Assembly (NCBI GenBank): GCA_977020255.1
Contig: CDROCS010001209.1
Coordinates: 62,001 to 126,000, forward strand
Direction: 5' to 3'
Length of the DNA: 64,000 bases
Source of the DNA: Obrimoposthia wandeli
Lineage: Eukaryota
The translations under genes were made by a program, and so were the position numbers. Positions 1 through 11,752 of this stretch are shown here, one piece after another. How positions within the stretch are numbered: position 1 is the stretch's first letter; the number at the start of each line of letters is the position of its first letter. The notes under the pieces were generated by a model, which saw only the letters and a list, made by a program, of their open reading frames with translations, had not been told where the DNA came from and ran no database searches.

Positions 1-306
1 GCATTAGCAAGCGTAGAGCTTATAGTTCCGACTCCGTTTGCATCCGATGAAATTCGTAACCAGATCCGTACTAGTCTATTTATTGATGCTGGTACAGTGT
101 GGGATACGGAATATGATTTGAAAGATACTGACGGTAAATATCTTGAAGATTATTCCGACATGGGATTAATTCGTGCGTCATATGGTGCTGCTTTACAGTG
201 GATGTCACCTATGGGCCCATTGGTATTCTCGATTGCTCGTCCGATCAAGAAATACGACGGTGATGATGAAGAATTCTTCACATTCACCATTGGAAAAACA
301 TTCTAA
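1..306 (+). CDS. bamA: Outer-membrane assembly factor BamA, 3' end (partial at window edge)
   Basis: Frame open from base 1 ([12 protein letters not shown]...[14 protein letters not shown]...); ends in beta-signal-like FTFTIGKTF; directly upstream of skp-lpxD. Confidence 0.95.
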   Translation, partial: ALASVELIVPTPFASDEIRNQIRTSLFIDAGTVWDTEYDLKDTDGKYLEDYSDMGLIRASYGAALQWMSPMGPLVFSIARPIKKYDGDDEEFFTFTIGKTF

Positions 307-325
307 TTTTTTGAGGAAAAGTCTT

Positions 326-835
326 TTGAAACAGTGGATTAAAGCAGCAAGTTTAAGTTTGGTTATTTTATCATCTTCAATGTATGCGCAAGCAGCTGAA
401 GCGGCACAAAAAGTGGGCTATGTTGCAACGGGTCAAGCAATGGCTCAGTTAGCTAAGCGTTACAATGTGTCTGAAAAGCTACGTAAAGAGTTCAAAGATC
501 GCATTGATGAGCTTCGTGGTATAGAAAACCGAATGAAAACGAAAGTCGAGAAAATGAAGCGTGATGGTGAGTTAATGAGCTCAACTGATCGTACTAAGAT
601 TCAGCGTGAATTAGCATCTCTTGATTCAACTTACAAGCTAAAGGCTAAAGCACTTCAAGAAGACCAGCGTCGTCGTGGTCAAGAAGAAGAGCAGAAGTTA
701 GTGATGAAAATTCGTACCGCAATCCAAACTGTAGCGAAGAAAGAAGGCTACGATATCGTGGTTGATGCACAAGCTGTATTGTTTGCAGATCCTAAAGATG
801 ACTTATCTAATAAAGTTATCACTGCTGTAAAATAA
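326..835 (+). CDS. skp: Periplasmic chaperone Skp/OmpH
   Basis: TTG start at 326 after GAGG (track ORF 173 is over-extended); signal peptide, coiled-coil body, 'AKKEGYDIVVD' motif; synteny. Confidence 0.93.
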   Translation: MKQWIKAASLSLVILSSSMYAQAAEAAQKVGYVATGQAMAQLAKRYNVSEKLRKEFKDRIDELRGIENRMKTKVEKMKRDGELMSSTDRTKIQRELASLDSTYKLKAKALQEDQRRRGQEEEQKLVMKIRTAIQTVAKKEGYDIVVDAQAVLFADPKDDLSNKVITAVK

Positions 836-915
836 AGTGATTATTCTCTTAACGCTATTTTGCCTAACAGCAAGATAGCGTTGAGCTGAGCAGTTATAAA
901 AGAATAAGGTTAACA

Positions 916-1941
916 ATGGCACGTATTACTCTTGCTGAAATAGCAGATAAATTGGGTGCAGAACTTCGTGGAGATGGTTCTGTAGAAATTCAATCAATTG
1001 CTGGCATGGAAAAAGCGACTGAAGGGCAAATTACCTTCTTATCTGCAAGTAAGTACCGTAAACATTTAGCAGAATGTCAGGCGTCAGCAGTCATGCTGAA
1101 AGACACTGATTTACCGTTTTTTGATGGTAATGCACTGGTACTGAAAGACCCATATTTAGGGTATGCACTTCTTGCTCAATTATTGGATACAACACCTAAA
1201 TCTGCTTCAAATATTGCGCCATCTGCATATATTGCTGATGATGCCATTATCGGTGAAGGTGCTGCTATTGGCCATAATGCAGTTATTGAATCAGGCGCAC
1301 AAATTGGTGCTAACGTACAGATAGGTGCAGGCTGTTTTATTGGGCAGAATGCAATTATTGGTGCAGGCAGTAAAATTTGGGCGAATGTCTCTATTTACCA
1401 CTGTGTGACATTAGGAACAGATTGCTTAATACAATCAGGTGCTGTAATCGGTTCTGATGGTTTTGGTTATGCTAATGATCGTGGTAAGTGGGTCAAAATC
1501 CCACAATTAGGTTCTGTACATGTTGGTAACAATGTAGAAATTGGTGCATGTACTACCATTGACCGCGGTGCGCTCGATGATACCGTCATTGCTGATGGCG
1601 TTATTATTGATAATCATTGTCAAATTGCCCATAACGTCTCTATCGGTGAAAACACGGCGATTGCTGGTGCAGCAACGATGGCCGGTAGCTTAAAGATTGG
1701 TAAGCATTGCTTTATTGGTGGCGCCGCTGTGATTAATGGTCATATAGAAATTACTGATGGTGTTACGATTACTGGTATGGGGATGGTAATGCGCCCTATC
1801 AGTGAACCTGGTGTATACTCATCAGGAATACCGTTGCAGGCTAATCGCGAATGGCGTAAAACAGCGGCTCGAGTGATGAAGATTGAAGAGATGAATAAAC
1901 GCCTCAAATCGGTTGAAAAAAAGCTGAATGAGAGCGACTAA
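916..1941 (+). CDS. lpxD: UDP-3-O-acyl-glucosamine N-acyltransferase
   Basis: Hexapeptide repeats, 'IGSDGFGYA', '[10 protein letters not shown]', 'QIAHNV'. Confidence 0.98.
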   Translation: MARITLAEIADKLGAELRGDGSVEIQSIAGMEKATEGQITFLSASKYRKHLAECQASAVMLKDTDLPFFDGNALVLKDPYLGYALLAQLLDTTPKSASNIAPSAYIADDAIIGEGAAIGHNAVIESGAQIGANVQIGAGCFIGQNAIIGAGSKIWANVSIYHCVTLGTDCLIQSGAVIGSDGFGYANDRGKWVKIPQLGSVHVGNNVEIGACTTIDRGALDDTVIADGVIIDNHCQIAHNVSIGENTAIAGAATMAGSLKIGKHCFIGGAAVINGHIEITDGVTITGMGMVMRPISEPGVYSSGIPLQANREWRKTAARVMKIEEMNKRLKSVEKKLNESD

Positions 1942-1967
1942 TTAGTCTTCAATAGAGTTCGTTGAAC

Positions 1968-1995
1968 TGGCCTGCGCATGCGTAGGCCGTTTTGC
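1968..1995 (+). terminator. GC-rich hairpin between lpxD and fabZ
   Basis: GGCCTGCGCA-TGCGTAGGCC followed by GTTTTG. Confidence 0.5.
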
Positions 1996-2064
1996 GTTTA
2001 ATATATATGTTTTTAAAATTATTTTTATAGGCGTCAGTTGCCTATTTCGAACAGGAATGTAGTT

Positions 2065-2517
2065 TTGACGAGCGAAAAGAAAACGTTAAATATCACAGAA
2101 ATTCAGTCGCTTTTACCGCACCGTTACCCGTTTTTAATGATTGATCGTGTAACGGATTACGATGAAGGTAAAACGTTAACAGCATATAAAAATGTCTCAA
2201 TAAACGAGCCTTTATTTATGGGACACTTTCCCAAAATGCCGATTTTTCCTGGCGTGATGATTCTTGAAGCAATGGCTCAAGCTACTGGTTTATTGGCTTT
2301 TAAAAGCTTTGGTGCACCCTCTGAAAATGAGCTGTATTACTTTGCAAGCATTGATAAAGCGAAGTTCCGTAAACCTGTTGTTCCTGGCGATCAGCTTGTT
2401 TTAGACGTTGAGTTTATAAAAGAGCGCCGTGGTATTGCTCTATTTAATGGCACCGCAAAAGTTGACGGTGAAGTTGTTTGCTCTGCTGAACTTAAATGCG
2501 CAAGACGAGAATTCTAA
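2065..2517 (+). CDS. fabZ: 3-hydroxyacyl-ACP dehydratase
   Basis: '[13 protein letters not shown]', 'GHFP', '[11 protein letters not shown]'; probable TTG start at 2065 after AGGAA. Confidence 0.98.
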   Translation: MTSEKKTLNITEIQSLLPHRYPFLMIDRVTDYDEGKTLTAYKNVSINEPLFMGHFPKMPIFPGVMILEAMAQATGLLAFKSFGAPSENELYYFASIDKAKFRKPVVPGDQLVLDVEFIKERRGIALFNGTAKVDGEVVCSAELKCARREF

Positions 2518-3305
2518 TGATCCATGAAACTGCAAAAATTCATCCGTCGGCTGTAATCGAAGATGGCGTCAAAATTGGCGCGAATGTTACCGTTGGCCCG
2601 TTTACTTACATTGGTGCAGATGTCGAAATTGGTGACGGCACAGAAGTGATGTCGCACGTTGTGATCAAAGGCCCTACGGTTATTGGCCAAGATAACCGTA
2701 TTTTCCCATTCGCTGTGATTGGTGAAGAGTGCCAAGATAAGAAATACAGCGGTGAAGACACACGTCTGGTAGTTGGTGATCGCAATGTTATTCGTGAAAG
2801 CGTTCAAATGCACCGTGGAACGGTTCAAGACCGAGGTGTAACAACGGTTGGTAGTGATAACTTGTTCTGTGTGAATGTGCACATTGCACACGATTGTGTT
2901 GTGGGCGATAACATCATCATGGGCAACAATGCTACGCTAGCGGGTCACGTTAACGTTGAAGATTATGCCATTATTTCAGCCTTATCACCGGTACATCAAT
3001 TCTGTACTGTGGGTGCCCACAGCTTTATTGGTGGTGGCTCGATCGTGGTTCAAGATGTGCCACCGTATGTGATGGCGCAAGGTAATCATGCTAAACCGTT
3101 TGGTATCAATATCGAAGGCTTAAAACGTCGCGGTTTTGAAAAACCAGAATTACATGCAATTCGTCGTGCTTATAAAGAGATCTATCGTTCAGGTAAAACA
3201 CTGGCTGAAGTGAAACCTGTGTTAGAAGAGATGGCAAAAGATTATCCATCGATTGGTCTATTCGTTACGTTATTTGATAACTCGACTCGCGGTATTATTC
3301 GCTAA
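2517..3305 (+). CDS. lpxA: UDP-GlcNAc O-acyltransferase
   Basis: Hexapeptide repeats, 'HIAHDC', 'LAGHV', 'GLKRRGF'; ATG overlaps fabZ stop (TAATG). Confidence 0.98.
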   Translation: MIHETAKIHPSAVIEDGVKIGANVTVGPFTYIGADVEIGDGTEVMSHVVIKGPTVIGQDNRIFPFAVIGEECQDKKYSGEDTRLVVGDRNVIRESVQMHRGTVQDRGVTTVGSDNLFCVNVHIAHDCVVGDNIIMGNNATLAGHVNVEDYAIISALSPVHQFCTVGAHSFIGGGSIVVQDVPPYVMAQGNHAKPFGINIEGLKRRGFEKPELHAIRRAYKEIYRSGKTLAEVKPVLEEMAKDYPSIGLFVTLFDNSTRGIIR

Positions 3306-4447
3306 TGACGAAGCCACTTCGAATAGGAATTGTCGCTGGGGAAATCTCCGGCGATATTTTAGGTGCAGGCTTTATTCGTGCGATTAAAGCGCAATACCCT
3401 GACGCTGAGTTTGTTGGTGTCGCAGGTCCACGTATGGAAGCAGAAGGCTGTGAAGCGCTGTTTGATATGGAAGAGCTTGCGGTGATGGGTATTGTGGAAG
3501 TATTAGGGCGTTTGCCTCGCTTGCTTAAAGTGAAAGCTGAGTTAGTGAAATACTTCATTGAAAACCCACCTGACGTTTTTGTTGGTATTGATGCGCCTGA
3601 TTTTAATCTACGCTTAGAGCTCGATTTAAAACAGCATGGCATTAAGACCGTTCATTACGTGAGCCCATCGGTATGGGCGTGGCGTCAAAAGCGGATTTTC
3701 AAAATCGAGGCGGCAACTAATTTGGTGTTGGCTTTTTTACCTTTTGAAAAAGCGTTTTATGATAAGTTTAATGTGCCTTGTGAGTTCGTTGGGCATACGA
3801 TGGCTGACGATATTCCCCTTGAAACTGATCAAGCTGCAGCCCAAGCTTTATTGAACCTTGATGGTCGTAAACGCTGGTTAGCGGTATTACCCGGCAGCCG
3901 TGGCAGTGAAATGGGGATGTTAGCTGCTCCCTTTATTGAAACCTGCAAATTGCTAAAGCAAAAACACCCTGATCTAGGTTTTGTTGTCGCTTTGGTCAAT
4001 GAAAAGCGCCGTGAACAATTTGAACAAGCATGGCAAGAAACGGCGCCAGAGCTCGATTTTGTGTTGGTGAATGATACAGCGCGTAACGTGATGACAGCTT
4101 CCGATGCGGTATTATTAGCCTCAGGCACGGTAGCATTAGAGTGCATGCTTGTTGGTCGTCCGATGGTGGTGGGGTACAAAGTGAAGCCTTTGACCGCATG
4201 GATAATTAGACGTTTGGTTAAAACTAAATATGTGTCACTGGCAAATATCTTGGCCGATAAACCTTTGGTAACCGAGTTACTGCAAGAAGATTGCGTACCT
4301 GAAAAGTTAAGTGCCGAAGTCGATCGAATCTTGAGTGCTGATAATACTGAACTATTGAGTGAATTTTCTCTTATGCATCAATCAATTAGGTGTGATGCGG
4401 ATAATCGAGCGGCTCACGCAGTGTTATCATTAATCAACAAAGCTTGA
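3305..4447 (+). CDS. lpxB: Lipid A disaccharide synthase
   Basis: 'AGEISGD', 'GIDAPDFNL', '[10 protein letters not shown]', 'LPGSR'. Confidence 0.98.
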   Translation: MTKPLRIGIVAGEISGDILGAGFIRAIKAQYPDAEFVGVAGPRMEAEGCEALFDMEELAVMGIVEVLGRLPRLLKVKAELVKYFIENPPDVFVGIDAPDFNLRLELDLKQHGIKTVHYVSPSVWAWRQKRIFKIEAATNLVLAFLPFEKAFYDKFNVPCEFVGHTMADDIPLETDQAAAQALLNLDGRKRWLAVLPGSRGSEMGMLAAPFIETCKLLKQKHPDLGFVVALVNEKRREQFEQAWQETAPELDFVLVNDTARNVMTASDAVLLASGTVALECMLVGRPMVVGYKVKPLTAWIIRRLVKTKYVSLANILADKPLVTELLQEDCVPEKLSAEVDRILSADNTELLSEFSLMHQSIRCDADNRAAHAVLSLINKA

Positions 4448-4457
4448 GCAAAAAATA

Positions 4458-5063
4458 ATGACAAACGATTTTGAACCATTTGTGTATCCACAGGCAAATT
4501 TGATTGCAGGTGTTGATGAAGTTGGACGCGGTCCATTGGTTGGTGCTGTTGTGACTGCTGCAGTTATTTTAGATCCCAATAATCCAATAGAAGGATTAAC
4601 GGATTCTAAAAAGCTAAGCGAAAAAAAACGCAATGTGTTGTTTGATGAAATTAAAGAAAAAGCAGTAGCATGGTCGCTGGGTCGTTGTGAGCCAGAGGAA
4701 ATCGATGAGCTTAATATTTTACAAGCCACAATGGTTGCTATGCAGCGTGCTGTCGCGGACTTAAGCGTTCAGCCTGATTTTGTACTGATTGATGGTAATA
4801 AAATCCCTCAGTTACCGATGGCTGCGCAAGCTGTAGTTAAAGGGGATTTACGTGTGGCAGAAATTAGTGCTGCATCGATCATTGCAAAAGTGACGCGAGA
4901 TCGTGAAATGGAAGTGCTTGATGCACAGTTTCCACAGTACGGTTTTGCGAAACATAAAGGTTACCCAACGAAAGCGCATTTTGAAGCGTTAGAATTACAT
5001 GGCGCGATTGAGCAGCATCGTAAAAGCTTTAAGCCGGTAAAACGTATTCTGGGTATAGAGTAA
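4458..5063 (+). CDS. rnhB: Ribonuclease HII
   Basis: '[12 protein letters not shown]', 'DSKKL', '[13 protein letters not shown]', 'HKGYPT'. Confidence 0.98.
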   Translation: MTNDFEPFVYPQANLIAGVDEVGRGPLVGAVVTAAVILDPNNPIEGLTDSKKLSEKKRNVLFDEIKEKAVAWSLGRCEPEEIDELNILQATMVAMQRAVADLSVQPDFVLIDGNKIPQLPMAAQAVVKGDLRVAEISAASIIAKVTRDREMEVLDAQFPQYGFAKHKGYPTKAHFEALELHGAIEQHRKSFKPVKRILGIE

Positions 5064-5176
5064 CTGAACCATTTTTGGTCTTAATAGCGTTGTCGCTGTT
5101 AAGAGAGATACGGTGATAGTAAATGCTTTACGCTATAATTATCACTTCAAATTAGAACGCAATAAATCTGGTTGTC

Positions 5177-8100
5177 ATGGCTGATCCTCGCTTTATTCAT
5201 CTTCATCTTCATAGTGACTTTTCAATGGTTGATGGCTTATCAAAAGTCTCACCGTTAGTTAAAAAAGTGGCTGAACTTGGTATGCCTGCAATGGCATTAA
5301 CCGACTTCACTAACCTGTGTGGTTTAGTGAAATTTTACTTTGCAGCACATGGTGCTGGAATGAAGCCGATCATCGGTGCTGATTTTAAAGTGCAGTCAGA
5401 AGAGCTTGAAAATGAGCTGGCTGATCTCACTATTTTAGCTGCTGATAACGATGGCTATCAAAATTTAACCATGTTGATTTCGAAAGCGTATTTACGAGGT
5501 CATGTTCAGCATCAGCCCGTTATTGATAAAGAGTGGTTAGTTCAATATGGTAAAGGGCTAATTTTACTGTCGGGTCGTTGTGGTGATGTCGGTAAAGCCT
5601 TACTTAAAGGTAATCAAACGCTGGTTGAACGCTGTCTTGAATTCTATAAAGCCCATTTTGAAGATAGCTTTTATTTAGAATTAGTCCGAACTGGGCGCCC
5701 TGATGAAGATGCATATATTCACTTTGCGGTTGAACTTGCTGCGAATGAAGAACTGCCGGTTGTTGCAACCAATGATGTGCGCTTTATATCTGCTGAACAA
5801 TTTGATGCGCATGAAATCCGAGTATCAATTCACGATGGTTACACGATAGTTGACCCTAATCGACCAAAGCTATACAGCCCACAACAGTATTTACGTACTG
5901 AAGAGGAAATGTGTGAGTTATTCTCAGATATTCCTGAAGCGTTGGCGAACAGTGTTGAAATCGCGAAGCGTTGTAATGTAACGGTTCGTCTTGGGGAATA
6001 CTTCCTGCCCAATTTCCCTACTGGGGATTTAAGTACTGAGGACTTCTTAGTTGTTAAGTCTCGTGAAGGTTTAGAACGACGTTTAGCGTTCCTTTTTCCG
6101 GATGAAGCGGTACGTGTCGAACAACGCGTTGGGTATGATGAGCGCCTTGAGATCGAACTTGAAGTAATCAATCAAATGGGGTTCCCAGGCTATTTCTTGA
6201 TCGTAATGGAGTTTATCCAGTGGTCAAAAGATAATGATGTGCCGGTTGGTCCTGGTCGTGGTTCAGGTGCAGGTTCATTGGTGGCTTACGCACTCGACAT
6301 TACCGACCTTGATCCGCTGAAATTTGACTTACTCTTTGAACGTTTCTTGAATCCAGAACGTGTATCGATGCCCGATTTCGACATCGATTTCTGTATGGAC
6401 AAGCGTGATTTGGTTATTGATCACGTTGCTGAAATGTATGGTCGTGATGCGGTATCTCAGATCATTACGTTTGGTACTATGGCGGCGAAAGCGGTAATTC
6501 GAGATGTAGGGCGAGTACTCGGCCACCCGTACGGTTTTGTTGATCGTCTTTCTAAAATGATCCCGGCAGAGCCCGGTATGACATTGGCTAAAGCCTTTGA
6601 GGCAGAACCGCAACTTGGGGATGCATACAATGCCGATGAAGAAGTAAAAGCCTTAATTGATATGTGTCGCATCCTTGAAGGTGTAACACGTAATGCGGGT
6701 AAGCATGCGGGTGGTGTTGTAATTTCACCAACGACGATCACTGATTTCTCACCACTGTATTGCGATGCAGAGGGTGCTAACCCTGTTACCCAGTTTGATA
6801 AAAATGATGTTGAAACCGCAGGCTTGGTTAAGTTTGACTTCTTGGGTCTACGAACATTAACCATCATTGACTGGGCGTTAGCTCTTATTAACCCTCGTCG
6901 AGAGGCTGAAGGAAAAGAGCCGATCAATATTGCTTCGATTCCGATGGCTGATAAAAAGTCATTTGCGATGTTGCAGCGTTCTGAATCAACGGCAGTGTTT
7001 CAGTTAGAATCGCGAGGAATGAAGGATCTGATCAAGCGCCTTCAACCCGATAGTTTTGAAGATATGATCGCACTGGTAGCATTGTTCCGTCCCGGTCCTT
7101 TGCAATCCGGCATGGTAGATAACTTTATCGACCGTAAGCATGGTCGAGAAGAAGTGTCATACCCTGATGCCACTTGGCAGCATGAATCGTTGAAAGAGAT
7201 TCTCGAACCCACTTACGGCATTATCTTGTATCAAGAGCAAGTTATGCAAATTGCACAGGTACTGTCTGGCTACACCTTGGGTGGGGCCGATATGTTACGT
7301 CGTGCAATGGGTAAGAAAAAACCTGAAGAAATGGCCAAGCAGCGCACCACCTTTGAAGAAGGTGCGGTTAATAACGGGGTCGATGGCGAACTTGCCATGA
7401 AGATCTTCGACTTGGTAGAGAAATTTGCCGGTTATGGTTTTAACAAATCCCACTCTGCTGCGTATGCATTGGTGTCGTACCAAACGCTGTATTTAAAAGC
7501 GCATTACCCTGCTGAATTCATGGCTGCGGTAATGACTGCAGATATGGATAACACCGATAAAATCATTGGCTTGGTTGATGAATGCTTACGCATGAAGATA
7601 CAGTTACTGCCGCCTGATGTGAATAAAGGGCTTTATCGATTTAATGTTGATGAGCAAGGCGCAATTGTTTACGGTATTGGTGCAGTAAAAGGTGTGGGTG
7701 AAGGGCCGATAGAAAACCTGATTGAAGCCCGTGAAAAAGGGGGACACTTTAAAGATCTATTCGATTTCTGTGCACGTATTGACACTAAAAAAGTCAACAA
7801 GCGTGTACTTGAAAAATTGATTAAATCGGGTGCGATGGATCGCTTAGGTCCGAACCGTGCCACTATGATGGCGACGTTGAACGATGCCATTAAAGCGGCT
7901 GGCCAGCACCATCAGGCAGAAGCCTTTGGTCAGGCTGATATGTTTGGTGTATTGACGGCTGCTCCTGAAGAGGTAGAGCAAGCGTATGCCAATATTCCTG
8001 AGTGGCCAGATAAAATATGGTTGGAAGGTGAGCGTGAAACTCTGGGGTTATATTTAACGGGTCACCCGATAAATGCCTACATTTCAGAGTTAAAGCATTA

Positions 8101-8653
8101 CACCACTTGGCGCTTAAAAGATGCTAACCCTACAGGACGTGATAAAGTTGCGTCTGTTGCAGGGTTAGTGATTGCTGCGCGGGTTATGACAACAAAGCGT
8201 GGAACACGTATCGGTTTAATGACACTAGATGATCGTTCAGGTCGTATGGAAGTCATGTTATTCTCTGATGCGCTTGAGCGTTACCTTGATTTGCTTGAAA
8301 AAGACAAAATAGTGGTTGTTTCTGGACAGGTCAGCTTTGATGATTTCAATGGTGGGCTTAAAATGTCAGCCAGAGAAGTACTGGATATCTCTGAGGCAAG
8401 AGAAAAACACCTTAGAGGACTTGCTATCTCGGTAACAGAACAACAAGTCGATGAACAGTTTTTTGCACGCTTCAGCCAAGTGCTGGAGCCCCACAGAGCA
8501 GGTACAGTACCTGTTAATGTGTATTATCAGCGCTCGAATGCACGTGCCAAACTTACCTTAGGAACAGAATGGCGTATTACGCCGTCGGATCAGTTAATTC
8601 TCGATCTCAAGTTGCTATTAGGTGAGAAGCAAGTCGAGCTTGAATTTAATTAA
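5177..8653 (+). CDS. dnaE: DNA polymerase III alpha subunit
   Basis: PHP 'HLHSDFS', 'GRGSGAGS', 'SMPDFDIDF', 'FNKSH'; 1158 aa, no intein. Confidence 0.99.
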   Translation: MADPRFIHLHLHSDFSMVDGLSKVSPLVKKVAELGMPAMALTDFTNLCGLVKFYFAAHGAGMKPIIGADFKVQSEELENELADLTILAADNDGYQNLTMLISKAYLRGHVQHQPVIDKEWLVQYGKGLILLSGRCGDVGKALLKGNQTLVERCLEFYKAHFEDSFYLELVRTGRPDEDAYIHFAVELAANEELPVVATNDVRFISAEQFDAHEIRVSIHDGYTIVDPNRPKLYSPQQYLRTEEEMCELFSDIPEALANSVEIAKRCNVTVRLGEYFLPNFPTGDLSTEDFLVVKSREGLERRLAFLFPDEAVRVEQRVGYDERLEIELEVINQMGFPGYFLIVMEFIQWSKDNDVPVGPGRGSGAGSLVAYALDITDLDPLKFDLLFERFLNPERVSMPDFDIDFCMDKRDLVIDHVAEMYGRDAVSQIITFGTMAAKAVIRDVGRVLGHPYGFVDRLSKMIPAEPGMTLAKAFEAEPQLGDAYNADEEVKALIDMCRILEGVTRNAGKHAGGVVISPTTITDFSPLYCDAEGANPVTQFDKNDVETAGLVKFDFLGLRTLTIIDWALALINPRREAEGKEPINIASIPMADKKSFAMLQRSESTAVFQLESRGMKDLIKRLQPDSFEDMIALVALFRPGPLQSGMVDNFIDRKHGREEVSYPDATWQHESLKEILEPTYGIILYQEQVMQIAQVLSGYTLGGADMLRRAMGKKKPEEMAKQRTTFEEGAVNNGVDGELAMKIFDLVEKFAGYGFNKSHSAAYALVSYQTLYLKAHYPAEFMAAVMTADMDNTDKIIGLVDECLRMKIQLLPPDVNKGLYRFNVDEQGAIVYGIGAVKGVGEGPIENLIEAREKGGHFKDLFDFCARIDTKKVNKRVLEKLIKSGAMDRLGPNRATMMATLNDAIKAAGQHHQAEAFGQADMFGVLTAAPEEVEQAYANIPEWPDKIWLEGERETLGLYLTGHPINAYISELKHYTTWRLKDANPTGRDKVASVAGLVIAARVMTTKRGTRIGLMTLDDRSGRMEVMLFSDALERYLDLLEKDKIVVVSGQVSFDDFNGGLKMSAREVLDISEAREKHLRGLAISVTEQQVDEQFFARFSQVLEPHRAGTVPVNVYYQRSNARAKLTLGTEWRITPSDQLILDLKLLLGEKQVELEFN

Positions 8654-8750
8654 TTTAGTTTATCCGTCGTCTACTTCATTTTATGGCGCTTTAGAAAAGC
8701 CATTATAGAGTGATAAGACGGCGATAATAGACAAAAGGATTTAAAGTTGT

Positions 8751-9710
8751 ATGAGCCTGAACTTCCTTGAGTTTGAACAACCAATTGCAGAGTTGGAAGC
8801 CAAAATTGAAGCACTTCGCGATGTTTCTCGTCGTGATGAATCGGCGTCGGTTGATTTAGACAAAGAAATCGGACAACTAGAAAAGAAAAGCCTTGAGTTA
8901 ACTAAAAAAATATTTAGTGACTTAGGTGCATGGCAAGTCGCGCAATTAGCGCGTCATCCAGAACGTCCATATGTCTTTGACTATGTTGAGCATATCTTCA
9001 CTGAGTTTGATGAATTAGCAGGCGATCGTGCATTTGCTGATGATAAAGCGTTAGTGGGAGGGATTGCACGCCTTGACGGTCGCCCTGTTATGGTTATTGG
9101 TCATCAAAAAGGACGTGGTACAAAAGAAAAAGTATTGCGTAATTTTGGCATGCCAAAACCTGAAGGTTACCGTAAAGCATTGCGGTTAATGAAAATGGCA
9201 GAGCGTTTTAAAATGCCAATCATTACCTTTATCGATACTGCGGGTGCATACCCTGGTGTTGGGGCTGAAGAACGTGGTCAATCAGAAGCGATTGCAACTA
9301 ACTTGAAAGCAATGGCGGGCTTAACAGTGCCTGTTATTTGTAATGTTGTTGGCGAAGGCGGTTCTGGTGGTGCATTAGCGATTGGTGTAGGTGACTACGT
9401 TAATATGCTTCAGTACTCTACATACTCTGTTATTTCTCCTGAAGGTTGTGCATCAATCTTATGGCGAGATTCAAAGAAAGCGCCTCAGGCAGCTGAAGCG
9501 ATGGGGCTGACGGCTGGTCGTCTTAAAGAACTTGAGCTTATCGATAGCATTATTGAAGAACCTCTTGGTGGTGCACACCGTGATCTAGAGGCAATCTCTG
9601 CATCGTTAAAAGCAACGTTAGTCGCTAACTTAGCTGAACTTGAAGCTTTAGATACCGATGAGTTGCTTGAGCGTCGTTACCAACGTTTGATGAGCTACGG
9701 CTACTGCTAA
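8751..9710 (+). CDS. accA: Acetyl-CoA carboxylase carboxyltransferase alpha
   Basis: '[12 protein letters not shown]', '[10 protein letters not shown]', '[13 protein letters not shown]'. Confidence 0.99.
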   Translation: MSLNFLEFEQPIAELEAKIEALRDVSRRDESASVDLDKEIGQLEKKSLELTKKIFSDLGAWQVAQLARHPERPYVFDYVEHIFTEFDELAGDRAFADDKALVGGIARLDGRPVMVIGHQKGRGTKEKVLRNFGMPKPEGYRKALRLMKMAERFKMPIITFIDTAGAYPGVGAEERGQSEAIATNLKAMAGLTVPVICNVVGEGGSGGALAIGVGDYVNMLQYSTYSVISPEGCASILWRDSKKAPQAAEAMGLTAGRLKELELIDSIIEEPLGGAHRDLEAISASLKATLVANLAELEALDTDELLERRYQRLMSYGYC

Positions 9711-9739
9711 GCAGAGTGAGTCAAAATAAAAGCACATTG

Positions 9740-9782
9740 AAGCGAGTCAATTCTAAGTAAAGAGTTGGTTCGCTTTTTTTTG
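9740..9782 (+). terminator. Rho-independent terminator after accA
   Basis: AAGCGAGTCAATTCT...AGAGTTGGTTCGCTT followed by a T-run. Confidence 0.6.
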
Positions 9783-9841
9783 GCGACTAAAAAGTATTAT
9801 ACTGCGACATTATTCTTCCCTGTGCAGGCTTCATATTTCCC

Positions 9842-11152
9842 ATGCTTTATTCTTCGCTTCGTTCGTGCCTGCTGGCTAATACTCCCGATTCCAATCGATT
9901 TGTTATTGCTTTAAGTGGCGGGCTAGATTCGCGGGTATTACTGCACTTAATGGGGCGTTTTATTCGCGATAATCCGCAGTATCAATGCGATGCTGTGCAT
10001 GTACATCATGGTTTAAGCGGCAATGCGGATAAATGGGTTCAGCAGTGTCAGCAATGGGCTTTCGAAGAGAAGATAACCTGCCATATTGAACACGTTACTT
10101 TGGTTCTAGGTAATCGAATTAGTGTCGAACAACAAGCGCGAGAGCAGCGTTATCTTGCGTTAAGTAAGCATATTCAGCAAGGTGATTGCTTATTAACCGC
10201 GCAGCATGCTGATGATCAACTTGAAACTTTTTTACTCGCGTTAAAACGAGGTAGTGGTCCTGCTGGGTTAGCCTCCATGCCGGGGAACACCACGTTTGGC
10301 ATCGGTCATCATCTTCGACCTTTGTTACAGGTTACACGTCAGGATATTACAGAGTACGGTATTGCTCATCAATTAGAGTGGGTTGAAGATGAAAGTAATC
10401 AAGATCAACGTTATGACCGCAATTTTCTTCGTCATCAAATAACGCCATTATTACATCAGCGATGGCCTGGAATACGTAAAGCAGTGTCTCGTAGTGCTGC
10501 ATTATGTGGTGAGCAAGAAGCATTACTAAATGAATTGCTTGCTAGTCATTTATCGCAAGCATTGCATGTAGATCAAAGTTTAAGAATCGTAGAACTAGGT
10601 TCTGAGAGGATCGGCAAGCAGTTGATCCGTCAGTGGTTAAATCTATTTACGGTTCTGATGCCATCGCAAGCTCAGTTACAGCAAATATGGCAGTCTGTCG
10701 TTTTGGCTCAAGAGGATGCTAACCCGCAAGTGTGCTGGAATAATCATCAAATTCGACGCTATAAACAACGGCTGTATGTTGTTAAACAATGGGCAGATAT
10801 TAGCCATTTTCAGCAAGAATGTAAGTTAAACCAGCCCTGTACACTGCCTGAAGAGCTCGGCACGTTAGTGTTAACACCCGTTAAAGCCAGTGGAATATTA
10901 CGCTTGCCTTTGCAACATGAAGTTGTATCTGTACGGTTTGAACCAGAAGGTATAGAGGTGAAACCCCAGGGGCGTGTTGGGAAACGTAAACTAAAAAAAT
11001 TATTTCAAGAATACGAAATACCCAGTTGGAATCGCCGTCGTACACCGTTAGTTTTTTATAATGATCGGCTTGCTGCTGTCGCAGGTTTATTCGTGACTGA
11101 AGATTTTGTCGGTGAGGATTGTGATCTAGATTGGCAGTGCAATGCACAATAA
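9842..11152 (+). CDS. tilS: tRNA(Ile)-lysidine synthase
   Basis: PP-loop 'SGGLDS', 'HADDQLET', 'RNFLR'; follows accA. Confidence 0.96.
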   Translation: MLYSSLRSCLLANTPDSNRFVIALSGGLDSRVLLHLMGRFIRDNPQYQCDAVHVHHGLSGNADKWVQQCQQWAFEEKITCHIEHVTLVLGNRISVEQQAREQRYLALSKHIQQGDCLLTAQHADDQLETFLLALKRGSGPAGLASMPGNTTFGIGHHLRPLLQVTRQDITEYGIAHQLEWVEDESNQDQRYDRNFLRHQITPLLHQRWPGIRKAVSRSAALCGEQEALLNELLASHLSQALHVDQSLRIVELGSERIGKQLIRQWLNLFTVLMPSQAQLQQIWQSVVLAQEDANPQVCWNNHQIRRYKQRLYVVKQWADISHFQQECKLNQPCTLPEELGTLVLTPVKASGILRLPLQHEVVSVRFEPEGIEVKPQGRVGKRKLKKLFQEYEIPSWNRRRTPLVFYNDRLAAVAGLFVTEDFVGEDCDLDWQCNAQ

Positions 11153-11217
11153 GTGCAATAGTTTCACAAAGAGTGCACAATTTGCGAAAGGATAATAAAA
11201 ATGTATAAGAGGACAAA

Positions 11218-11529
11218 ATGAATAAAATTCTTGCACTTACTCTTTTCGCTGCGGTGTTTTCATCATCAGTAATGGCTGCAGGCGACCCCGCAGCAGGTAA
11301 AGCTAAAGCTGCTATTTGTGCGGCATGTCATGGTGCTGATGGGGTTGCAATGATCCCTGGTTATCCAAACCTCAAAGGGCAGAATGAGCAATATTTGGCG
11401 AATGCATTAAAAGCGTATAAAAATAAAGAACGTACAGGTGGAATGGCAATGGTAATGCAGCCCCAAGCTTCTATGCTAAATGATGCCGATATTGCCAATG
11501 TTGCAGCGTATTTCTCTCAATTGAAATAA
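11218..11529 (+). CDS. Periplasmic monohaem class I cytochrome c (c553/c4-like)
   Basis: Signal peptide, CAACH haem motif, 'PNLKGQ', distal Met. Confidence 0.92.
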   Translation: MNKILALTLFAAVFSSSVMAAGDPAAGKAKAAICAACHGADGVAMIPGYPNLKGQNEQYLANALKAYKNKERTGGMAMVMQPQASMLNDADIANVAAYFSQLK

Positions 11530-11563
11530 GTTATTAGCAATATGCCTTAGTGAGCATATTGAT

Positions 11564-11599
11564 GTTCAACATGAACCGCTATGAGTGCTCAACACTGAT
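11564..11599 (+). terminator. Terminator after cytochrome c gene
   Basis: AACCGCTAT(G)AGTG-CTCAA-CACT(G)ATAGCGGTT then T-run. Confidence 0.7.
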
Positions 11600-11752
11600 A
11601 GCGGTTTTTCTTTGGCTTTTATCGGTGTATCACGATATTTACAGTTACTCGCTCATAATTTATTCAGTTAGTTACTCTGCTATTGCTAAAAAAAGCAGTA
11701 AGCATTATCGTACTAGCACACTGATACGCTGATTGATGAATGAGTAAGCATA

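Noticed and set aside
173-325. 51-aa N-terminal extension of Skp in the ORF track
   Set aside because: Overlaps bamA; an RBS and TTG at 326 give a normal signal peptide
2514-8000. Antisense ORFs of 60-156 aa over lpxA, lpxB, rnhB and dnaE
   Set aside because: Fully overlap well-supported genes and have no motifs; same for those over proS, fadE, uraA, wrbA and bepA
5177-8653. Intein or split in DnaE
   Set aside because: Length and motifs are continuous with standard gammaproteobacterial DnaE
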